DNA from: Candidatus Yanofskybacteria bacterium
GTDB taxonomy: Bacteria > Patescibacteriota > Minisyncoccia > 2-02-FULL-40-12 > GWA2-44-9
DNA length: 57,854 nt
Assembly (NCBI GenBank): GCA_016185505.1
Contig: JACPNL010000009.1
Span: 1 to 57,854, forward strand
Direction: 5' to 3'
The position numbers were made by a program, and so were the translations under genes. Under the pieces are notes generated by a model, which saw nothing but the letters and a program-made list of their open reading frames with translations, was not told where the DNA came from and did no database searches. Below are positions 16,286-22,436 of this stretch, one piece after another. Every line of letters starts with the position of its first letter. The first letter of the stretch is position 1.

Positions 16286-16804
16286 TCATCTATTATTAAT
16301 CGGAATAGGATTTAATGGCAAAAATGAAAATTGGACTTTGTCTTTTAACCATTCCCAGGCCTTGCTCTTAGAAAACGGGGGGTTGTCGATACTGGCCAGA
16401 TAGAAAGCTAGGGTGGAACATGTGACCCATATACATCTGAAAAAATAAATCTCATTATATGTAATCCTAATAAAGGTACCAAGAACTGACAGTAAAAGAA
16501 CTAATCTTATAAATAAGAAGTAAAGTTCTAGCTCTAGTATCTTAGTTTCCTGACGTTCTGATTTAGTAATTTCCATTACCTTAATAAGCGGAGAAATAGA
16601 TATGGTTAAAATTATTCCCGCTAGCATTTGCGTTTGCCCTTTACTGTCTAACTGCAGGCAGTAATAAGCAATTACGAGAGTAATAAAGCTAATGATCATA
16701 AGCTGGTAGCTAAGCCAAAAATTATCTTTACCGGTCAGCCAGTTAAATTTTTCAGCAAGAGACGAAGCGAGTCGAAGCAGTTGAGAATCAATCCATATAT
16801 GCAT
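16286..16804 (-). CDS. hypothetical membrane protein
   Basis: ATG 16804 is preceded by GGAGGAG at 6-nt spacing (the track ORF starts at an upstream TTG). Several TM helices; AT-rich. Confidence 0.5.
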   Translation of the reverse strand: MHIWIDSQLLRLASSLAEKFNWLTGKDNFWLSYQLMIISFITLVIAYYCLQLDSKGQTQMLAGIILTISISPLIKVMEITKSERQETKILELELYFLFIRLVLLLSVLGTFIRITYNEIYFFRCIWVTCSTLAFYLASIDNPPFSKSKAWEWLKDKVQFSFLPLNPIPINNR

Positions 16805-17048
16805 AATTCTCTCCTCCTTCCTTTTCAATGAACTTAAAAAACTGTGCTATATGATAACACAATTTTTTGGTTACGTAAACTGTCCGCCCACCAAGCTAAG
16901 CTCGGCCCACACACCCTAAGATGGCCTACCCACCCCTGGAGAGGAACACCTTAGAACAGTTGGTTTTGAGGTAACAAGGGGGCATTGGTAATGTGCCGAG
17001 TTTGGTTTTAGTAGTTGAGGGTAATTAAAAAAACTGACGTCAGTCAGT

Positions 17049-17624
17049 TTAAGCCACCCACCACAGATGAGCTGTTATTTTCCATTCGTTGTTAATTTTT
17101 TCTACAACAAAGATTACAGCGTCGCTGGGAGCATTATTGAGAATAAACACAGACACATAACTACCTAGTGGCAAATCATTATTGGGTCGGTTGTTTTGGG
17201 TTAGAGGGAAAACTTGCTTCATTGCTTCTGCGGCGCTTTGCCAGTTAACTTTATTTGTTAAGCTACTTGGATTAGGTGGCAGGTTTATATAATCTGGCTC
17301 ATTTGGGTCACCATGGCCATACATTTCCACTTGTTCATGATCGCTGAATAGCCACATAGTTAAAACTTTTCTTAACCAAATATTACTATCAAAGGAGGGG
17401 CTATTAACAGAAAAAATCTTTCTTGTGTTGCTATCTAACTTACCATTATCAAAATACTCTACGGCCTTATCAATATCTTGTTCAACTAACCAGGAATATA
17501 AAAAATCATCAAAAAGTTTTGTAACTTTCTGAAGCTCTTGAGTATTTGTTTGTGGCTGTGCAGAAACGTTAAAAGCAAGTAGAGAAACTCCTAACGCCAC
17601 AAAAAGAACATTGATTTTCATCAT
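17049..17624 (-). CDS. hypothetical secreted protein, 191 aa
   Basis: Signal peptide MMKINVLFVALGVSLLAFNVSAQ. AAGGAG RBS and a TTGCCT-17-TATAAG promoter lie upstream. Confidence 0.55.
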   Translation of the reverse strand: MMKINVLFVALGVSLLAFNVSAQPQTNTQELQKVTKLFDDFLYSWLVEQDIDKAVEYFDNGKLDSNTRKIFSVNSPSFDSNIWLRKVLTMWLFSDHEQVEMYGHGDPNEPDYINLPPNPSSLTNKVNWQSAAEAMKQVFPLTQNNRPNNDLPLGSYVSVFILNNAPSDAVIFVVEKINNEWKITAHLWWVA

Positions 17625-17898
17625 TTTAACTCCTTGAGTTGTAAAAGCATCCTCTTGTCTTATACACTATCGCCAACAAAAAGGCAAGGTGTTCCCCTCC
17701 AGAGGCGGGCAGGCATAATCCTAAAAAGCGTAACCTGTCCTGAGCGTAGTTGAAGGATTAAAATAACCCTGACTACCAACCAAAATACAACGTCAGACGT
17801 TGTATTTTGGGGAAAAGAAATATAATGCGCTGGCAAGTCAGACTTGCCTCGCTTAAACGCTAGTTCCCAACTTCCCAACGGAACCGAGTTTGACTCGG

Positions 17899-18155
17899 TC
17901 CGCCCACCAGGGCTCGAACCTGGGACAAGCTGATTAAGAGTCAGCTGTCCCGATTTTTGTTTACAAAAATCGAGGATCCTCGATAACTTAGTCCGCCCCC
18001 CGCGACTCGAACGCGGAACATTCACCTTAAGAGGGTGCTGCTCTACCAATTGAGCTAGGGGCGGACTAAATTATCGGGACTCTACCAAAGCCGACGCTCG
18101 CAACACAAGGTCGGCTCCCCGACAGCAAATCTCGTCGGGGCTGAGCTATGGGCGG
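17899..18155 (-). pseudogene. tRNA-Lys(CUU) gene interrupted by two insertions (D loop, and D stem position 24/25)
   Basis: Removing 18090-18140 and 17944-18085 leaves CCGCCCA TA GCTC AGTTTGGTA GAGC A GCTGA CTCTTAA TCAGC TTGTC CCAGG TTCGAGC CCTGG TGGGCGG A, which is a canonical cloverleaf. Confidence 0.6.
17992..18064 (-). tRNA. tRNA-Lys (anticodon CUU), nested inside the interrupted tRNA-Lys
   Basis: CCGCCCC/GGGGCGG, GCTC-AATTGGTA-GAGC, GCACC-CTCTTAA-GGTGA (one G/A mismatch), CCGCG-TTCGAGT-CGCGG. Leader and trailer extend the acceptor helix by ~12 bp. Confidence 0.75.
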
Positions 18156-18181
18156 ATATTTAAAATTATTTTCAAAAATTG

Positions 18182-18253
18182 CGTCCCCGGAGGGAATCGA
18201 ACCCCCATCAGCAGATTCGAAGTCTGCTGCTTTATCCGTTAAGCTACGGGGAC
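18182..18253 (-). tRNA. tRNA-Arg (anticodon UCG)
   Basis: GTCCCCG/CGGGGAC, GCAGA-CTTCGAA-TCTGC, GGGGG-TTCGATT-CCCTC. Confidence 0.85.
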
Positions 18254-18684
18254 ATTTTCTCAATACTCTTAGACCATCCGAACTTTTTAGCCGTTTTCTT
18301 TCTGTGACAATTAGCACACCTTACGTCACACTTCTTTATCTCTTCCTTAATTTTCAATAGCGGATAGTGTCCGACTAAACCAGCCACCTCTTTAAACTTG
18401 TTATCCTTGTGATCAAATTCCAAGACAATAATATCTGACTCACCACAATCTATACATGAATGTTTTTGTAAGTATTCTTTAATATAACTTCGCGCTTCCA
18501 ATCTTTGCCCGGTATTTCTTCTTTTTGCTTTTATTAAATAATATTCTTTGTTTCTCTGATAATGACTCCTTACAAAAGCCCGGGTGCATTCTCTGCATTG
18601 ATATTGCCTCAATCCAATATTTTTTACTCTGAAATTAAACTCATTGGGGGACTTCTCTTTCTTACATTTTGTACATATTTTCAT
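18244..18684 (-). CDS. HNH endonuclease / zinc-ribbon protein
   Basis: CTKC..CREC, CIDCG..LEFDHKDNK..CANCHRKKT. The 3' end overlaps the tRNA-Arg 5' end by 10 nt. Confidence 0.7.
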   Translation of the reverse strand: MKICTKCKKEKSPNEFNFRVKNIGLRQYQCRECTRAFVRSHYQRNKEYYLIKAKRRNTGQRLEARSYIKEYLQKHSCIDCGESDIIVLEFDHKDNKFKEVAGLVGHYPLLKIKEEIKKCDVRCANCHRKKTAKKFGWSKSIEKMSP

Positions 18685-18745
18685 TACATAAGTATATCAT
18701 GATAGTCCTCGAACATCAATTAAAATTCCGAAGCCGGTACTATGT

Positions 18746-20014
18746 TCACACCTTGTATCTCTTTCTTAAATCCTTGATTATTTTGGGTAAAACTTTCAAC
18801 ACATAATCTATATCCTTCTTCGTTGTGTGTCTGCCCATAGAAAACCGTAGGGCCCCATCCAAATATTTTTTATCCAACCCTATGGCTTTAAGTACATGAG
18901 ACGGTTCAACCGAATGCGAGGTGCAGGCCGAACCGCTTCCGGCACAGATGCCGTATTTATCAAGTTCTAATAAAAGAATCTCACTCGTTAAACCGGGAAC
19001 CGATATATTCACGTTATTCGGCAACCTGTGGATAAACGACTTCGCAAGTCGTTTATCCACAGGGCCGTTGATTTTAACGTCTGGCAACAATCGCTCTATT
19101 TTTTCAATAAAAAAGTCCCTTAGGCCCCCAACTCGCTCCCCTTCTTTACTTTCTATCCTGTCCAGAGCAACGACTAGCCCGCCGATAGCCATCAGATTCT
19201 CGGTCCCGGCCCTCAAACCCGCCTCTTGTTCTCCGCCCAGCAAGACAGAAGAGATATTAACCCCTTTCCTTACGTACAAAACACCTATTCCTTTCGGGCC
19301 ATAAATTTTGGAGCCGTTAAAAGTAAGCAGATCAACACCCAGACGATTAACGTTCATGTCCAGGTATTCCGTCGCCTGACAGGCATCGACGTGAAAAATT
19401 GGAAATTTTTCACGTCGGAGATTTCGATATTTCGACCCGCCAGAGGAACGGGCAGGTATTTCGATATTTCCATCGCGAAAATCTCGAATTACTTTCGAGA
19501 TTTTCGCGATCGGCTCTATGGTGCCTATCTCGTTATTAGCGTACATGACAGACACGAGAACTGTTTCCGGTCGCAGAGTTTTTTGCAATTCGTCGATATT
19601 TACAAACCCCTCTTTGTCAACCGAGAGATACGAAACGTCAAAACCCTCTTTCTCGAGTCGCTCTATCGGCCTTAACACTGACGGATGTTCTATCTTAGTA
19701 GTGACAATATGTGGTTTTAATTTAGGTTGTAGCGCAGTAACGCAGTAGCGCAGTAGGTTTTTTGCGATTCCTTGAATCGCAAGGTTATTGGCTTCTGTTC
19801 CAGAGGTGATAAAAGTTATCTCGTCAGAATGCGTACCGAGAAACCTTGCCACTTTAAGCCGAGCTTTTTCTAAATATTCGCGCGCCTGTCTGCCGCAGTC
19901 GTTGTATGAAGAAGGGTTGCCGTAGAACTTGGCAGCTTTGACCATCTCCGTGACAACCTTTTTATCTATTGGGGTAGAGGCGGCGTTGTCTAGATAGATT
20001 GTTTTATTACGCAT
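18746..20014 (-). CDS. cysteine desulfurase (NifS/IscS-like) carrying three in-frame repeat insertions
   Basis: IYLDNAASTP, FTSGTEANN, HVDACQ, SGSACTS motifs. The start is set at ATG 20014. Confidence 0.85.
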   Translation of the reverse strand: MRNKTIYLDNAASTPIDKKVVTEMVKAAKFYGNPSSYNDCGRQAREYLEKARLKVARFLGTHSDEITFITSGTEANNLAIQGIAKNLLRYCVTALQPKLKPHIVTTKIEHPSVLRPIERLEKEGFDVSYLSVDKEGFVNIDELQKTLRPETVLVSVMYANNEIGTIEPIAKISKVIRDFRDGNIEIPARSSGGSKYRNLRREKFPIFHVDACQATEYLDMNVNRLGVDLLTFNGSKIYGPKGIGVLYVRKGVNISSVLLGGEQEAGLRAGTENLMAIGGLVVALDRIESKEGERVGGLRDFFIEKIERLLPDVKINGPVDKRLAKSFIHRLPNNVNISVPGLTSEILLLELDKYGICAGSGSACTSHSVEPSHVLKAIGLDKKYLDGALRFSMGRHTTKKDIDYVLKVLPKIIKDLRKRYKV

Positions 20015-20070
20015 GATTTTCGAAGTCAAACTTAATTCAAAATCAAGAAGTAGAAAGTAGGAGGGTTATA

Positions 20071-20213
20071 AATTAACCTAATTATTCTAATTGACCTAAT
20101 TGACCTAAATAAACCCCAATACCCTAATGACTAAATATTTTTAGACATTTAGGGGTTAGGTATTAGGTATTCTTTAGAATAATTAGATTAATTAGAAATT
20201 AGAATAATTAACC
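20071..20213. repeat. AT-rich long hairpin, 'aattaacctaattattctaattgacctaaataaa..' family
   Basis: The arms are reverse complements. Copies also occur at 26730, 32915, 37013 and 37478. Confidence 0.8.
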
Positions 20214-20590
20214 TAGTATCTTCTATTCTCCGGCCAAAATAATAAAGCGAGGAACCCTCCCATAAGGCCGACATCTCTGATGATAACTTCGCTTATGCCG
20301 AAAGTGAGCAAAATAGCGACCAGGAACATCAGCGCCAAAACGGAGAATATTTTTATAAAAATATTGCTCAAAACACTTGCGCCTACCAGTAATTCAAAAA
20401 CACCGCTTACATAGACGACATCCATCCCGCTGATACCAATTCTTGAGGCAATCAAAAGAGAGCTTTGAGGAATCCATGAACTTAACCAATATTCCGGATG
20501 CAGAAATTTGTCGACTCCAAACCAAATAAAAACCGCAGCCAAACCGAGACGCAAAAAAATATTGGAGTAACGAAGGGACTGGAACATCAA
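20213..20590 (-). CDS. DoxX-like small membrane protein
   Basis: LRLGLAAVFIWFGVDKF pattern, four TM helices. Confidence 0.5.
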   Translation of the reverse strand: MMFQSLRYSNIFLRLGLAAVFIWFGVDKFLHPEYWLSSWIPQSSLLIASRIGISGMDVVYVSGVFELLVGASVLSNIFIKIFSVLALMFLVAILLTFGISEVIIRDVGLMGGFLALLFWPENRRY

Positions 20591-20680
20591 TATTTTTAAG
20601 CAATGCTTAAAAATCGCGGAACTACGCGGACTATAGATCGCAATGCGATCTGACGCGGACTTACGCGGAAAGTTGAAACA
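20591..20680 (-). repeat. ~80-nt conserved 5' leader element (copy 1, abutting the DoxX-like start codon)
   Basis: Near-identical to 22305-22385. It contains four acgcgga(a/c) direct repeats around the palindrome agatcgcaatgcgatct, plus ttaagcaatgcttaa. Confidence 0.8.
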
Positions 20681-20709
20681 TTGACAAAATAATAAAATTA
20701 GTGTATAAT
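20681..20709 (+). promoter_or_regulatory. consensus sigma70 promoter
   Basis: TTGACA (20681-20686), 17-nt spacer, TATAAT (20704-20709). Confidence 0.7.
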
Positions 20710-20715
20710 ATAAGT

Positions 20716-20890
20716 ATGGTAAAAATTGAACTGGCGGCTACGTATTCCGCGGCAACAAAACTTCGCTTTCTCGCTTGAGATGGCGAGACCACAACTTTTC
20801 CTTATCTTAAAGGATAGCACAGTTACCGCAAAAAGAATATCGGGTTGTCGGTCCAACTAAAAACTCCGCTTGCGCGGAGTTTTTAGTTGG
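20716..20890 (+). ncRNA. orphan ~175-nt transcription unit (candidate sRNA or leaderless 20-codon ORF)
   Basis: It starts ~7 nt after the -10 and ends in a perfect 17-bp hairpin (20853-20890). No downstream plus-strand gene follows. ATG 20716 opens MVKIELAATYSAATKLRFLA. Confidence 0.4.
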
Positions 20891-21017
20891 ATAATTCCTA
20901 TTCCGCGCCCTTCGCCCTTTCCGTGTTTCCGTGGCGCAGTTTCTTAATTTCTTAATTTCTCCGTCTTATCATTGCCCGTATCTGTCTGTTTCCTGTCCGA
21001 ATAGGACCGTGTGGTAA

Positions 21018-22304
21018 TTACACAGCGCATCTCGATTCAATATACTCCAACGCCTTTTCGTTAACTATCCTTGACTCAATACTCTCTCTTATTTTAACCG
21101 GATCAATATCAGCTTGACCGGCTTCGCCCTTGGCTATGGCCGACTGGACAACTTGGCCGGTCATCATCTCAACTTCTTCTGGCGAGACCTCTATGTTCCT
21201 GTCTTTGGCCAGCTTGCGCAGTACTAAAGATACTTTGACCTGTTTCTCAGCATCTTTCGTCCAGTCCTTTTTCAGCTCTTCTTGGGTCTTACCTATTTTT
21301 GCCAAGTACAACCCAAGTTCCAATCCTTTTCCATGCAAGGTGTGGTCAAAATCGGAAACCATTATGTCAAGTTGTTTAGCAAGCAAACCCTCGGGAACTT
21401 CTATTTTAGAATGGCTAATAATGTGATCCAATATCTCTAAACGAGTCCTCTGGATTTCTTTCATATTTTTCTCCTGCGTCAGTCCTTTTCTGATACTTGC
21501 TCTTAGCTCTGCAAGGTCGGCGAACTGACCCAGTGACTTGGCAAATCCGTCATTAACTTCCGGCCTGATAACTTTCTTAACATCGTTGACCTTCACTTTG
21601 AAACTAAGCTCCTTGCCGGCGACTTCTTTATAGAAGTAATCTTCGGGCGCAGTCAAGGTAAAGGTCTTTTCTTCCCCTTTCTTCATTCCTATCAGCTTGT
21701 CTTCAAAGCCCGGCACAAAACTCTTGCCACCTATTATAACAGGATGGTTCTTGCTTATCCCTCCGTCAATAACTTTGCCATCTTTTTTTACTTCAAAGTC
21801 AACCTCTACCCTATCTCCCTCTTCCGCCGCTTCGTCTTCTCTTTTGGCAACAAAGTTTGACTTTGAATTTTTTATTGTCTCCAGAGCATCCTCAACTTCT
21901 TTGTCTTCTACTTTAACATCTTGTCTTTTTACTTTAATCCCGCCGAGATCGGCAAGTTCAACTTGGGGAAACAGATCCAGCAGTATCGAATACTTGAACT
22001 GAGCCGAATCGTTGTTTTCTACGGACAGTTGGGATGTATCAAGAACGTCAAGGGAGTTGCCTTTTATGACATCCGACAAACTATCCTGGACCGCTACCTC
22101 AAGAGTTAATGCCCTGACCTGCTCTTGGTCAAGGTGTTTTTTGAGCAGTTCTTTGGGCGCTTTCCCTTTCCTGAACCCTTTTATCTCAAGGTCGCCGCCC
22201 AACATGCTCTCGGCTTTATCTAAGTATTTTTGGAGATCCTCCCGATCAAGTTCCACAACCGCTTTGACCTGATTATTGTTTAGTTTTTTAAGATTGCTCT
22301 TCAT
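21018..22304 (-). CDS. tig: trigger factor
   Basis: FRKGKAPKELLKKH and the domain order are typical of Tig. The start is set at ATG 22304; the upstream 29 codons of the track ORF are the repeat element. Confidence 0.85.
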   Translation of the reverse strand: MKSNLKKLNNNQVKAVVELDREDLQKYLDKAESMLGGDLEIKGFRKGKAPKELLKKHLDQEQVRALTLEVAVQDSLSDVIKGNSLDVLDTSQLSVENNDSAQFKYSILLDLFPQVELADLGGIKVKRQDVKVEDKEVEDALETIKNSKSNFVAKREDEAAEEGDRVEVDFEVKKDGKVIDGGISKNHPVIIGGKSFVPGFEDKLIGMKKGEEKTFTLTAPEDYFYKEVAGKELSFKVKVNDVKKVIRPEVNDGFAKSLGQFADLAELRASIRKGLTQEKNMKEIQRTRLEILDHIISHSKIEVPEGLLAKQLDIMVSDFDHTLHGKGLELGLYLAKIGKTQEELKKDWTKDAEKQVKVSLVLRKLAKDRNIEVSPEEVEMMTGQVVQSAIAKGEAGQADIDPVKIRESIESRIVNEKALEYIESRCAV

Positions 22305-22385
22305 TTTTAAACAATGTTTAAAAATCGCTGATTTACACGGACTATAGATCGCAATGCGATCTGACGCGGACTTACGCGGAAGTAT
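22305..22385 (-). repeat. ~80-nt conserved 5' leader element (copy 2, abutting the tig start codon)
   Basis: Aligns with 20591-20680 with few mismatches. Confidence 0.8.
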
Positions 22386-22389
22386 CAAC

Positions 22390-22420
22390 AACTTCGCAAG
22401 TCCGCAGGACTTGCGAAGTT
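22390..22420 (-). terminator. perfect 14-bp hairpin after nusA
   Basis: aacttcgcaagtcc-gca-ggacttgcgaagtt. Confidence 0.6.
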
Positions 22421-22436
22421 AAATTTCTCAATTTCT

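Noticed and set aside
17660-18317. Minus-strand ORFs 17660..18049 and 18066..18317, and plus-strand ORF 18148..18360.
   Set aside because: They overlap the tRNA-Lys and tRNA-Arg genes and hairpin repeats and have no coding signals.
20716-20890. Considered SRP (4.5S) RNA or 6S RNA.
   Set aside because: No domain IV motif (GGAAGCAGCC-type symmetric loop) and no 6S-like large central bubble could be seen. It is left as an unknown unit.
22305-22391. N-terminal extensions of track ORFs: tig +29 aa, ruvB +42 aa, ruvC +12 aa, rsmA +15 aa, and the 3D protein and the membrane protein at 14720 each +51 aa.
   Set aside because: The extensions are encoded by repeat elements, tRNA genes or hairpins. Conserved protein N-termini begin at the internal ATGs used in the feature table.
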